A stretch of 32,000 nucleotides of DNA from Candidatus Saccharimonadota bacterium (lineage in GTDB: Bacteria; Pseudomonadota; Gammaproteobacteria; Enterobacterales; Enterobacteriaceae). Numbering within the stretch: the stretch's first letter is position 1; each line of letters begins with the position of its first letter. A program made the translations under genes and the position numbers. Below are positions 18,069 to 28,533 of the stretch, in pieces. The DNA lies in assembly GCF_012571795.1 (NCBI RefSeq), contig NZ_CP046222.1:30819-62818 (forward strand), read 5' to 3'. The notes under the pieces were generated by a model. The model did no database searches, was not told where the DNA came from, and saw nothing but the letters and a program-made list of their open reading frames with translations.

Positions 18069-18947
18069 ATGTTTACCGGATGTATGGTGGCTCTTATAAC
18101 TCCCATGGATATGAAAGGTAATATATGTAAATCAAATCTTAAAAAACTTATTCAATATCATATTAATAATAAAACAAAAGCTATAGTTATTTTAGGAACA
18201 ACTGGTGAGTCTGCTACAGTAAATTATAATGAACATATCAATACTATTATGTGGTCACTAGATATTGCTCAAGATAAAATTCCAATTATTGCAGGTACAG
18301 GTTTTAATTCTACATCTAAAAGTATAAAGATGATATCTATTTTAGAAAAAACTAATATTATTGGATGTTTAAATGTAACACCATATTATAATCGACCAAC
18401 ACAAAATGGATTATATCAACATTTTAAAGCTATTGCTGAAAGTACAAATATTCCACAAATATTATATAATGTACCTAAACGTACTGGTTGTGATTTATTA
18501 CCTGAAACAATCTATCGTTTATCTAAAATTAAAAATATTATAGGTATTAAAGAAGCTACAGGTGATTTATCTCGTGTTAATAAAATTAAAAATTTAGTAC
18601 ACGAAAATTTTTTTTTAATTAGCGGAGATGATAGTACTGCATTTGAATTTATATTATTAGGAGGACATGGTGTAATATCTGTTACAGCTAACATTGCAGC
18701 TAAATATATGAATAAATTTGTAAATTATGCTCTAAAAAATAAAATTAAAAAAGCTAATAATTTAAATCAATCTTTGATGTTATTACATCAACAATTATTT
18801 ATTGAATCTAATCCTATACCTGTTAAATGGGCAGCAAAATATATAGGATTAATTAATAGTGATTTTATTAGATTACCATTAACTAAACTTACTGATACAA
18901 ATAAAAAATTAATAAAAAAAACTTTAAATATGTTACAATTAATTTAA
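18069..18947 (+). CDS. dapA: 4-hydroxy-tetrahydrodipicolinate synthase
   Basis: 292 aa, the same as E. coli. [31 protein letters not shown] parallels E. coli [49 protein letters not shown], and the active-site Lys context GIKEATG. Confidence 0.96.
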   Translation: [292 protein letters not shown]

Positions 18948-21016
18948 TTTAATTTATTTAAATTAACTATTTGTAATAAATATTTTTCAATATTATGTAA
19001 TATAGTTACACGATTATTTTTAATTGCTATATTATTACTATTAATAATAATGTTTTGAAAAAATTTATTTACTGGATAGTATAATTCAGATAATATGAGT
19101 AATATATTATAATATTCATGGTTTAAAATTTTATTTTTTATAATTTTAGATAATTTTTTTAAATGATTAATTAATATTTGTTCTTCTTTTTCAAGAATTA
19201 ATTTCATATTAATATGATTAGATATGTTTTGTTGATTTGTAATTAATATTTTATTAATTCTCTTATATGTTATTAATAACAATTTACTTTGTTTTTTTTC
19301 AATCAGAAAAAATTTATTTACTGCTTTTATTATAAAATCTAGAATAAATAGTTTATAATGATATTTATAGTTATTTAATATAACAGCATTGATAATTTTT
19401 ATTTGATAACCTAAAGATAAATACCAATTTTTACATCTATTAAGAATAAATTGCATAAGATTATTTATAAGTATATTTTTATCATCAACATAATTATATT
19501 TTTTTATATTGAAATTGATTAATTTTTTTAAATTGATATCTAACTTATTTTTTATCATGATATGTATAATAGTTAATGTATTTTTTTTTAAAGTATATGG
19601 ATCCTTATCTCCTGTTGGTAATAATCCAACACTAAACATGCCAACTAAAGTATCAATATTATCTGATATAAATAAAATATAAGAAACTTTATTAGTTGGT
19701 ATTTTATAACAAATATTGTATCGATATTGATCATATAAAGCTTTTGAAACTACATTATGTTCTTTATCTTTTATTGCATAATACATGCCTACAACACCTG
19801 ATAAATCAGCAAATTCATAAACCATTTGTGTCGCTAAATCACATTTATATAATAAACTTGTTCTTAAAAAATGTGTAACTGTATGTTTTAGTTTTAATGC
19901 TAAATATTCAGATATTTTTATAATACGCATAGTTTTATCATATAAACTACCTAATTTTTTATGAAAAACAATATATTTTAATTTATTTACATATTGTTCT
20001 AGTTGCATATTCATATCATTTTTTAAAAAAAAATTAATATCTTGAAATTTTGCATTTAAGACTTGTTCATGTCTTTGAACAATTTTGTGAGTATTATTAC
20101 TTTCTATATTTATTATAAAAATAAAATATGGTAATAATATTTTATTATCATCATATATAGGAATATATTTTTGATATTTTTCCATAATATGAATTAAAAT
20201 TTTATGTGGTAGTTTTAAAAATTTTAGATTAAATTTACCAATTAATATAACAGGCCATTCAATCATAGCAGTTAATTCATCTAATAAATTAGAAGATAAT
20301 TTAATTATCCCATGAATTTTATTAATAATATTATTAATATCTTTTAAAATTTTATTTTTTCTTTTTATAAAATCAACTATTACTTTGCCTGTATTAAATA
20401 AGGTAGTTTCATATTGTTTAGCATGTAATAAATAAATTTTTTGTTCTCCAATAAAACGATGACCTTGAATAACATTATTTGATGGTATATTTAAAATATT
20501 AATGGGTATAAATATATCATCTAATAAAACTAATAAATTTCTTATAGGTCTAATAAATTTAAAATTATTATCATTCCAATACATTGTGTTAGGTATAGAT
20601 GATATATTTAGTAAAGTATCTTTTAAAATTTGTGGTAAAAAATTTTTAATATGTAAACCTTGAATGTGTTTTTTATATATAATATAATTTTTATGAAATT
20701 TAATATTATTAAAATCTTTTATCTTATGTTTTATCATCCAAAATTTTATTTGTTTATTTTTAAAATTTTGTTCATCTTTTATTTTTACATATGGACCTTT
20801 AATATTAATATAATAATCTTTTTGTATTACATCAAAATTATGAATTTGTAAAGCAATTCTCCTATTAGTCATAAAAGCATTAATGATTTTATATTTAAAA
20901 TTATATTTATTTAATTCATATATAAAATTTGTTTTTATTATATTAGTAATTTGTAATAATAAATAAGATGGTATATCTTCAATAGAAAGTTCTAATAAAA
21001 ATGTTACTTTTTTCAT
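18944..21016 (-). CDS. glyS: Glycyl-tRNA synthetase beta subunit
   Basis: 690 aa against 689 in E. coli. The N-terminus KVTFLLELSIEDIPS parallels E. coli KTFLVEIGTEELPP. It lies directly downstream of glyQ. The interior is highly diverged but length is conserved. Confidence 0.9.
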   Translation of the reverse strand: MKKVTFLLELSIEDIPSYLLLQITNIIKTNFIYELNKYNFKYKIINAFMTNRRIALQIHNFDVIQKDYYINIKGPYVKIKDEQNFKNKQIKFWMIKHKIKDFNNIKFHKNYIIYKKHIQGLHIKNFLPQILKDTLLNISSIPNTMYWNDNNFKFIRPIRNLLVLLDDIFIPINILNIPSNNVIQGHRFIGEQKIYLLHAKQYETTLFNTGKVIVDFIKRKNKILKDINNIINKIHGIIKLSSNLLDELTAMIEWPVILIGKFNLKFLKLPHKILIHIMEKYQKYIPIYDDNKILLPYFIFIINIESNNTHKIVQRHEQVLNAKFQDINFFLKNDMNMQLEQYVNKLKYIVFHKKLGSLYDKTMRIIKISEYLALKLKHTVTHFLRTSLLYKCDLATQMVYEFADLSGVVGMYYAIKDKEHNVVSKALYDQYRYNICYKIPTNKVSYILFISDNIDTLVGMFSVGLLPTGDKDPYTLKKNTLTIIHIMIKNKLDINLKKLINFNIKKYNYVDDKNILINNLMQFILNRCKNWYLSLGYQIKIINAVILNNYKYHYKLFILDFIIKAVNKFFLIEKKQSKLLLITYKRINKILITNQQNISNHINMKLILEKEEQILINHLKKLSKIIKNKILNHEYYNILLILSELYYPVNKFFQNIIINSNNIAIKNNRVTILHNIEKYLLQIVNLNKLN

Positions 21017-21060
21017 AATAATACATACCTACTTCAATTAATGTTCAAATATTTTAATTA

Positions 21061-21933
21061 TTATAATTTATAATATTTTTTTATAATAGATTTAGTTAAA
21101 TTACGTAATTTTAAAATATATCTTTTACGTTCTGTAGAAGAAAAAAATTGCCGTGCTTCTAACAAATTAAAACAATATGATGCTTTTAAAACTTTATTAT
21201 ATGCTGGTAAAATTAATGGTTTAGATAAACTTAATAATTTTAGTACTTCTTGTTCATAATGTTGAAAATTTTTTAATAAAAAATTAGTATCTGCATAATA
21301 AAAATTATATAAAGAATATTCTTGTTCATTTTGTAAATATAAATCTCCATAAGTTACACATTGATCTATATTTTTACACCAAATTAATTCAAAAATATTT
21401 TTAACATTTTGTATATGCATACCTAATCTTTCTAATCCATATGTAATTTCACCAGTTATCGGGTTACATGTAAAACTACCCATTTTTTGAAAATATGTAA
21501 ATTGTGTAATTTCTATACCATTCAGTATAATTTCCCATCCAATACCATATGCACCTAACGTTGGATTTTCCCAATTATCTTGTATAAAACAAATATCATT
21601 ATTTTTTAAATCTATATTTAATGATTTTAATGAATTCAAGTATAATTCTTGAATATTATTTGGTGGAGGTTTTAAGATTACTTGAAACTGATAATATTGT
21701 TGTAATCTATTAGGATTATTACCATATCTACCATCAGTAGGTCTTCTAGATATTTGAACATAAGCTATTTTTCTAGATGTTTTACCAATTGAATATAAAC
21801 ATGTCATAGGATGAGAAGTGCCAGCACCAACTTCAGTATCTAATGATTGTAATATAGTACATCCTTGATTTGCCCAATAATTTTGTAAAATTAAAATCAT
21901 ACCTTGAAATGTATTTTCAGAATATTTTTTCAT
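21061..21933 (-). CDS. glyQ: Glycyl-tRNA synthetase alpha subunit
   Basis: 290 aa. [76 protein letters not shown] and [10 protein letters not shown] are near-identical to E. coli GlyQ. Confidence 0.97.
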   Translation of the reverse strand: MKKYSENTFQGMILILQNYWANQGCTILQSLDTEVGAGTSHPMTCLYSIGKTSRKIAYVQISRRPTDGRYGNNPNRLQQYYQFQVILKPPPNNIQELYLNSLKSLNIDLKNNDICFIQDNWENPTLGAYGIGWEIILNGIEITQFTYFQKMGSFTCNPITGEITYGLERLGMHIQNVKNIFELIWCKNIDQCVTYGDLYLQNEQEYSLYNFYYADTNFLLKNFQHYEQEVLKLLSLSKPLILPAYNKVLKASYCFNLLEARQFFSSTERKRYILKLRNLTKSIIKKYYKL

Positions 21934-22128
21934 ATTATTAATGTTTTATTTAGTATAGTATGTAATGTTATGACTGTTACTTTTTTACAAAAAATTTATA
22001 ATTAAATATAAATTTAACATATTTTTATAGAATAAATATGTACGTTACAGTAATCTATTATTATTATTAAATTTAAACTAATAATATTTAATTATACATT
22101 AATTTTTTAAAATTTAGAGTGAAAATAT

Positions 22129-23067
22129 ATGAATTTTATATTAAAAACAATGTTTATTCAAAAACAAACAAGTAAATATAATAATTTAGTTATTAAAGCC
22201 ACATATTTTGCTATAATTTTATCATTCATATTATTATTTTTAAAAATTATAGCATGGTATTATACACATTCTATTAGTATATTAGCAGCTTGTATTGATT
22301 CATTAATAGATATTACTTCATCAACTATTAACTTATTAATACTGTATTATGCTGTACAACCTGCAGATTTTCAACATTCTTTTGGACATGGTAAGGCAGA
22401 ATCATTATCTGCATTAACACAAAGTGTTTTTATTTGTATAACATCATTATTTTTATGTCTTCACAGCATAAAACACTTATCAGTACCTATGAAATTATGT
22501 AATCCTATTATTGGCATTATAGTTATTACTATTTCATTTTTTTCAACTTTAATTTTAGTTATATTTCAAAAAAAAGTTATTAATCAAACTAATAGTCAAG
22601 CAACACATGCTAATATGTTACATTATCAATCAGATATGTTAATTAATAGTGCTGTTTTAGTAGCATTAATTTGTAATATATATGGCATTACTAAAGCTGA
22701 TTCTTTAATTACATTATTTATAAGTATATTTATTTTTTTTAATGCTACAAAAGTAATTTATAAATCTATACAATCATTATTAGATAGATCATTGCCAGAT
22801 TATGAAAAAAAAATTATTATGAATTTAGTTAATTCTTGGCCAGAAGTATTAGGTGCACATGAATTAAAAACAAGACAAGCAGGTCCAACAAGATTTATAC
22901 AATTTCATTTAGTATTAGATGATAATTTATCTTTATTAGAAGCACATGATATTGCAGAACAAATAGAATTAGCAATAAATAGAAAGTTTCCATATGCAGA
23001 AGTACTTATACATCAAGATCCATATTCTGTAGTTCCTAAAAACGATCATGGTTTTTTTCAAAGTTAA
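22129..23067 (+). CDS. fieF: Cation diffusion facilitator family Fe/Zn efflux transporter FieF (YiiP)
   Basis: 312 aa. Colinear with E. coli FieF: IAWYYTHSISILAACIDSLIDI, QPADFQHSFGHGKAESL, MLHYQSDMLIN, GAHELKTRQAGPTRFIQFHL, VLIHQDP. It is followed by pfkA, as in E. coli. The start could also be the internal Met at 22150. Confidence 0.88.
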   Translation: MNFILKTMFIQKQTSKYNNLVIKATYFAIILSFILLFLKIIAWYYTHSISILAACIDSLIDITSSTINLLILYYAVQPADFQHSFGHGKAESLSALTQSVFICITSLFLCLHSIKHLSVPMKLCNPIIGIIVITISFFSTLILVIFQKKVINQTNSQATHANMLHYQSDMLINSAVLVALICNIYGITKADSLITLFISIFIFFNATKVIYKSIQSLLDRSLPDYEKKIIMNLVNSWPEVLGAHELKTRQAGPTRFIQFHLVLDDNLSLLEAHDIAEQIELAINRKFPYAEVLIHQDPYSVVPKNDHGFFQS

Positions 23068-23075
23068 TAATTTTA

Positions 23076-23080
23076 TAGAG
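23076..23080 (+). promoter_or_regulatory. Shine-Dalgarno sequence AGAGG for pfkA
   Basis: AGAGG at 23076-23080, 7 nt upstream of the ATG at 23088. Confidence 0.5.
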
Positions 23081-23087
23081 GTTCAAT

Positions 23088-24050
23088 ATGATTAAAAGAA
23101 TTGGTGTATTAACTAGTGGTGGTGATGCTCCAGGTATGAATGCTGCTATTAGAGGTATTGTACGTACTGCTATTGGTCAAAAACTGGAAGTTTTTGGAAT
23201 ATATAATGGTTATTTAGGTTTATATAAAAATAATTTTATTAAATTAAATAGACATAGTGTTTCTGAAATTATTAATAGAGGAGGTACTTTTTTAGGTTCA
23301 GCTCGTTTTCCACAATTTGCCAATATAAATATTCGTACTATCGCTATTAATAATATGCAAAAAAATAATATTGATGCATTAGTTGTTATTGGAGGCGATG
23401 GTTCATATATTGGAGCAAAATTAATTACAGATATGGGTTTTCCATGTATAGGTATACCTGGTACAATAGATAATGATGTAGCAGGTACTGATTATAGTAT
23501 TGGTTATTTTACTGCTTTAGAAACTATAGTACAAGCTATTGATCGTTTAAGAGATACATCATCATCACATCAAAGAATATCAATTATAGAAGTAATGGGT
23601 AGATATTGTGGTGATTTAGCTTTATCTGCTGCAATAGCAGGAGGTTGTGAATTTATTGTATTGCCTGAAATTATTTACAATAAATATGATTTGATTAAAG
23701 AAATACAACAAGGAATAGATAAAGGTAAAAAACATGCAATAGTATTGATCACTGAATTTATTTGTGATATTAATAAATTAGCAAAATATATTGAAACTAA
23801 AATTCAAAGAGAAACTAGAACAACAGTTTTAGGACATATTCAAAGAGGTGGTTCTCCTGTTGCTTATGATCGTATTTTAGCATCTAGAATGGGTTCATAT
23901 GCTATTGAATTATTATGCAATGGTTATGGTGGTAGGTGTATAGGCATTAAAAATGATAAAATAGTACATAATGATATTTCTTATGCTATTAAAAATATGA
24001 AAAAAATTTTTAAAAAAGAATTATTAGAAATAGCAAAAAAATTATATTAA
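23088..24050 (+). CDS. pfkA: ATP-dependent 6-phosphofructokinase
   Basis: 320 aa, the same as E. coli. [59 protein letters not shown]. Confidence 0.97.
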   Translation: MIKRIGVLTSGGDAPGMNAAIRGIVRTAIGQKLEVFGIYNGYLGLYKNNFIKLNRHSVSEIINRGGTFLGSARFPQFANINIRTIAINNMQKNNIDALVVIGGDGSYIGAKLITDMGFPCIGIPGTIDNDVAGTDYSIGYFTALETIVQAIDRLRDTSSSHQRISIIEVMGRYCGDLALSAAIAGGCEFIVLPEIIYNKYDLIKEIQQGIDKGKKHAIVLITEFICDINKLAKYIETKIQRETRTTVLGHIQRGGSPVAYDRILASRMGSYAIELLCNGYGGRCIGIKNDKIVHNDISYAIKNMKKIFKKELLEIAKKLY

Positions 24051-24071
24051 TTTTTTAAATTCAAATAAATT

Positions 24072-24078
24072 AAGGTGA
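24072..24078 (+). promoter_or_regulatory. Shine-Dalgarno sequence AAGGTGA for rplY
   Basis: AAGGTGA at 24072-24078, 9 nt upstream of the ATG at 24088. Confidence 0.55.
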
Positions 24079-24087
24079 TTTTATAAA

Positions 24088-24405
24088 ATGAATACTATAA
24101 AAATTTTTCAACGTTTACAAATTGGCAAAAAATTTAATAAAATATTACGTATAAATAATAAAATTCCTGCAATTATTTATGGCAAAAATATTATTCCTAT
24201 ACCTATATTTATATATAATAAAGATATATTAAATATTAATATAACTAGTTTTAATGATGACCAAAAAAAAATAATTAAATTAATAAATTATAAAAATAAA
24301 ATAATTAAGACACAAATATTAAATATTCAGTATCATCCTTATAAAAATAGAATTATATATCATATAGATTTTTTATATATAAAAGAATGTACTGAATTGC
24401 TGTAA
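24088..24405 (+). CDS. rplY: 50S ribosomal protein L25
   Basis: 105 aa. LRINNKIPAIIYGKN parallels E. coli LRAANKFPAIIYGG. QYHPYKNRIIYHIDF parallels QRHPYKPKLQHIDF. A strong SD lies upstream. Confidence 0.85.
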   Translation: MNTIKIFQRLQIGKKFNKILRINNKIPAIIYGKNIIPIPIFIYNKDILNINITSFNDDQKKIIKLINYKNKIIKTQILNIQYHPYKNRIIYHIDFLYIKECTELL

Positions 24406-24426
24406 TATGTTAATTATTTTAAATAT

Positions 24427-25191
24427 TTATATTCCTAATACATCATCCATATTATATAAACCATTTTTATTAATATTAAATAACCATATAGCTGATTTTA
24501 ATGCACCTTTAGCAAAAGGTGTTCTATCAGAAGCTTGATGTATTATTTCAATATTTTCTCCTAAAAAAGAAAAAATAATTTGATGTTCACCATAATAATC
24601 ACCAGCTCTAATAGAATAACAATTAATATCTTTCATATAATATTTTGTGTGTAAATTTTTTAATAAAATATTTTTCATATATAATGCAGTACCAGAAGGA
24701 GAATCAATTTTAAATTTATGATGTTTCTCAATAATATTAATATCTACATTATTTTGATTATTATCACATATCATTTTTGAAATATTATCTAATAATTTAT
24801 TAATAATATTGATGCCTATACTGAAATTAGCAGACCATACCACACTTATTTTTTTAGATGCATTAATAATATGTTGTTTTTCATTTTTATTAAAACCAGT
24901 AGTACCAATCACTATTTTTTTATTATATTGTTGACATATTTTAAGATATTCCATTGTAGATATAGTATTTGTAAAATCTATTAAAACATCAAAATCATTA
25001 ATTATATCTAAGATATTAGACGTTATTTTTATTTTTTTATTAAAATATTTTATATGATTATTATATTTTGTTTTATCAAGTACACTAGTTAAAACACAAG
25101 GTATATTATTATTATTTAATACTTTTAATAATGTTTGACCCATTCTACCTAAAATACCTGCAATTGCTAAACGAATTTGTTGTTTTTCCAT
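24427..25191 (-). CDS. dapB: 4-hydroxy-tetrahydrodipicolinate reductase
   Basis: 254 aa against 273 in E. coli. IRLAIAGILGRMG is the dinucleotide-binding N-terminus. IVIGTTGF, EKHHKFKIDSPSGTA, DRTPFAKGAL. Confidence 0.93.
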   Translation of the reverse strand: MEKQQIRLAIAGILGRMGQTLLKVLNNNNIPCVLTSVLDKTKYNNHIKYFNKKIKITSNILDIINDFDVLIDFTNTISTMEYLKICQQYNKKIVIGTTGFNKNEKQHIINASKKISVVWSANFSIGINIINKLLDNISKMICDNNQNNVDINIIEKHHKFKIDSPSGTALYMKNILLKNLHTKYYMKDINCYSIRAGDYYGEHQIIFSFLGENIEIIHQASDRTPFAKGALKSAIWLFNINKNGLYNMDDVLGI

Positions 25192-25281
25192 ATTATATGT
25201 ATCTTAATTAAAATTTAATATATTATATAATCTTATATATAATATAATTATTGTATTTTAACAATTTATTATAAATTTTAT

Positions 25282-28056
25282 TTAAATAAATAAACGTTTT
25301 TCCCCTGATCCTATAGTATTATTGATACATTTAGGACAAAGATGATCTACAAGATTATCTTCATAATACCAACATCTTATACATTTCATACCTGTATGTT
25401 TTTTTATTTTATAACGTATAATCATTTTTTTAGTAATATTATTTTTATCTTTAATAATATAAGCTTTAGAAACTAATAAAAAATAACGTAATTCTTTACC
25501 TAATAACATAATATTATTAAACATATTTTCATAAGTATATATTATAATATCTGCTTCTAATGAACTACCTATAATTTTTTGATTACGTGTTATTTCAATT
25601 ATTTTATTTACTTGTTCTCTAAATTTAAACATTTCACACCAATAATGATAATTCATCTTATTATTAAGAGGCAAAGTAAATAATTTTGTATACCATTGTT
25701 CCATAAAAATATATTTAGATCTTTTTCCTGGTATATATTGCCATATTTCATGTGCTGTAAAAGATAAAATCGGTGCAATCCAACGTACTAACGCTTCTAA
25801 TATCATATATAAAGCAGTTTGACAACTTAATCTTTCTATACTATTTTTTAGAAAAGTATATTGTCTATCTTTAATTAAATCTAAATACATAGATCCTAAT
25901 TCAATTGTACAAAATTTCATAATTTTTTTAATAATATTTTGTATATTATAATTATGATAATTTTTTATAATACTATCTTGTGTTTTTTTAGTTTTGTGTA
26001 TAATCCATTTATCTATACTTAACATATGTTCTGGAACAATAGTATTATCCTTTGGTTGAAAATCATTTAGGTTAGATAATATAAAACGTATAGTATTTCG
26101 AATACGTCTATAAATATCTGTAATACTTTTTAAAATACTTTGTGAAATATGCACTTCACTTGAATAATCATTAGAAGCAACCCATAATCTCAAAATGTCA
26201 GCACCATATTTTTTTATAACATATTGTGGTTGTATAATATTACCTAAGGACTTAGACATTTTTTTACCCATATTATCTACAGTAAATCCATGACTAATAA
26301 CTTTATAATATGGATTAGTTTTTTGTGTAGCTATGGATAAAATTAATGAAGAAATAAACCATCCTCTAAATTGATCTGATCCTTCTACATACATATCAAT
26401 ATTTTTAATATTATATTTTTGTTTCATTACTGAGTCATAAGTTGATCCTGAATCAAACCATACATCTAAAGTATCTGTAACTTTAGTATAATTCATATAA
26501 TCTTTATCTAAAATTTTTTTTAAATTTAAATCCCACCATGCTTGAATACCATTTTTTTCTATAATACATGCAATTTTTTCTATTAATTGAACAGAATCTT
26601 TATGTATTTTATTGGTTTTATTATGTATAAATAAAGGAATTGGTATACCCCAAATACGTTGTCTAGAAATACACCAATCTGGTCTTTTATTTAACATAAT
26701 TGTCATTCTTTTTAATCCCCATTCAGGTATCCAAGTAATATTTTTAATTATATTTAATGATAATTGTCGTAAGTTATTTTGATCCATACTTATAAACCAT
26801 TGGGGAGTAGCCATATAAATTACAGGTGTTTTATGTCTCCAACAATAAGGATAACTATGTAAATATTTTTCAGAATAAAACAAAGCATTATTTTTTAATA
26901 AAATATCTTTTATAATTTTTTCTGAACAAAAAATATTAATTTTATCTAATTTTGGATGTATTCCAATAATAAAATGTCCTGTTTTATCAATTATATTTTT
27001 AATACATTTAATATTATTTTTCATGCATATATTATAATCATCTAAACCATGATTTGGTGCCATATGTATAATACCAGTCCCGATTTTATAAATAACATAT
27101 TTACTTATAATTAATTTGGATATATTATTATTGATAGGATTTAGTACTTGTATATTATTAAAATATTTACCTTGTAGAGTACCTATAATTTCCCAATGTA
27201 TTATTCCTATTTTTGTAAAAATTATATGTATTAAATTTTGAGCTATAATAATAATTTCTTGATCTATTAAAATTAACTTATAATTTATTTCTGGGTGTAC
27301 AGCAATTGCTTGATTAGCTGGTATAGTCCATGGTGTTGTTGTCCATATTAATAAAGAAATTTGTACATCTTTTACTATATTAATTTGTTTTTTAAATTGT
27401 ATATTATTAATAATATTAAATTTAACATACATAGATAAAGAAGTTTTATTTTTATATTCTACTTCTGCTTCTGCTAAAGAAGAACAACATTTAGTACACC
27501 AATGTACTGGTTTTGTACCTTTATAAATGTATCCATTATTTAATACTTTACCAAATGTACGAATAATATTAGCTTCGATTTTATAATCCATAGTTAAATA
27601 TGGATTATGCCAATTGGCTATAATACCTAATCTAATAAAATCTTTTTTTTGTTGTTCTATTTGTTGTTGTGCATATTTTCTACATGCTAATCTAAATTCC
27701 ATATCAGATAATAACATATTATTATTTTTATATTTTTGTTCTATTTTATGTTCAATAGGCAATCCATGACAATCCCATCCAGGAATAAAATTAGTAAAAT
27801 AACCATCTAAATTTTTGGATTTAATAATAATATCTTTTAAAATTTTATTAAATGCATGACCAATATGTATATTGCCATTAGCATATGGTGGACCATCATG
27901 TAAAATAAATTTTTTTTTATGTTTTGACTGATTTAAAATTTTTTGATATAAATTGTTTGTTTCCCATTCTTTTAATATAACTAACTCATTTATAGGAAGA
28001 TTAGCTTTCATAGGGAACATGGTATAAGGTAAATTTAATTTAAATTTATTTTTCAT
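25282..28056 (-). CDS. ileS: Isoleucyl-tRNA synthetase
   Basis: 924 aa against 938 in E. coli. HDGPPYANGNIHIGHAFN (HIGH), the editing-domain motifs WTTTPWTIPANQAIAV and GTGIIHMAPNHGLDDY, KMSKSLGN, and the C-terminal zinc knuckle CIRCW...CPKC. Confidence 0.97.
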   Translation of the reverse strand: MKNKFKLNLPYTMFPMKANLPINELVILKEWETNNLYQKILNQSKHKKKFILHDGPPYANGNIHIGHAFNKILKDIIIKSKNLDGYFTNFIPGWDCHGLPIEHKIEQKYKNNNMLLSDMEFRLACRKYAQQQIEQQKKDFIRLGIIANWHNPYLTMDYKIEANIIRTFGKVLNNGYIYKGTKPVHWCTKCCSSLAEAEVEYKNKTSLSMYVKFNIINNIQFKKQINIVKDVQISLLIWTTTPWTIPANQAIAVHPEINYKLILIDQEIIIIAQNLIHIIFTKIGIIHWEIIGTLQGKYFNNIQVLNPINNNISKLIISKYVIYKIGTGIIHMAPNHGLDDYNICMKNNIKCIKNIIDKTGHFIIGIHPKLDKINIFCSEKIIKDILLKNNALFYSEKYLHSYPYCWRHKTPVIYMATPQWFISMDQNNLRQLSLNIIKNITWIPEWGLKRMTIMLNKRPDWCISRQRIWGIPIPLFIHNKTNKIHKDSVQLIEKIACIIEKNGIQAWWDLNLKKILDKDYMNYTKVTDTLDVWFDSGSTYDSVMKQKYNIKNIDMYVEGSDQFRGWFISSLILSIATQKTNPYYKVISHGFTVDNMGKKMSKSLGNIIQPQYVIKKYGADILRLWVASNDYSSEVHISQSILKSITDIYRRIRNTIRFILSNLNDFQPKDNTIVPEHMLSIDKWIIHKTKKTQDSIIKNYHNYNIQNIIKKIMKFCTIELGSMYLDLIKDRQYTFLKNSIERLSCQTALYMILEALVRWIAPILSFTAHEIWQYIPGKRSKYIFMEQWYTKLFTLPLNNKMNYHYWCEMFKFREQVNKIIEITRNQKIIGSSLEADIIIYTYENMFNNIMLLGKELRYFLLVSKAYIIKDKNNITKKMIIRYKIKKHTGMKCIRCWYYEDNLVDHLCPKCINNTIGSGEKRLFI

Positions 28057-28260
28057 ATTTATATTTTATTTAGATAATTAAATTATTTATTAATTATAAT
28101 ATTTATATTTTTTATACATTATATGTAATATTTATTATATTACTTTTATAATATTTTTTATAGAAAAAATATTATTATTCATATGAATTTTCTCTATAAT
28201 TATTTTTATAATTATATTATATTAGTGTTTAAAATATTTAAATAATTATAAGAATAATTT

Positions 28261-28524
28261 ATGGCTAATATTAAATCATCAAAAAAAAGAATTTTAAAAA
28301 CTATTAAACAAAGAAAACATAATATGAGTTATCGATCTATGTTAAAAACATTTATCAAAAAAGTTAAACAGAATATTTTAGATAAAAATAAGGATTTATC
28401 ATTTTTATCTTTTCAAAAAATGCAATCTATTATAGATAAACAAGTAAATAAAGGTCTAATACATAAAAATAAAGCTGCACGTTATAAATCTAAGTTTTAT
28501 ATGAAAATTAAAAATATGAATTAA
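28261..28524 (+). CDS. rpsT: 30S ribosomal protein S20
   Basis: 87 aa. MANIKSSKKR parallels E. coli MANIKSAKKR. GLIHKNKAARYKS parallels the E. coli GLIHKNKAARHK segment. It is divergent from ileS, as in E. coli. Confidence 0.93.
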   Translation: MANIKSSKKRILKTIKQRKHNMSYRSMLKTFIKKVKQNILDKNKDLSFLSFQKMQSIIDKQVNKGLIHKNKAARYKSKFYMKIKNMN

Positions 28525-28533
28525 TTATAAATT

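Noticed and set aside
18512-18694. 60-aa minus-strand ORF inside dapA
   Set aside because: It is antisense to a well-supported CDS and has no independent signal. It is a shadow ORF.
19696-19878. 60-aa plus-strand ORF inside glyS
   Set aside because: It is antisense to glyS. Its composition simply mirrors the AT-rich codons of the opposite strand.
20660-20851. 63-aa plus-strand ORF inside glyS
   Set aside because: It is antisense to glyS. The F/I/Y-rich string is what the reverse complement of K/N/I codons produces.
21962-22055. GTAAT/GTTAC-containing words in the glyQ-fieF divergent spacer (gtaatgttatgactgttac and gtacgttacagtaatc), considered as an operator or Fur-box-like site
   Set aside because: The match to the Fur consensus is partial and confined to its first half. 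The two copies are neither a clean direct nor a clean inverted repeat. They stand out only because they hold the few G/C bases in the spacer.
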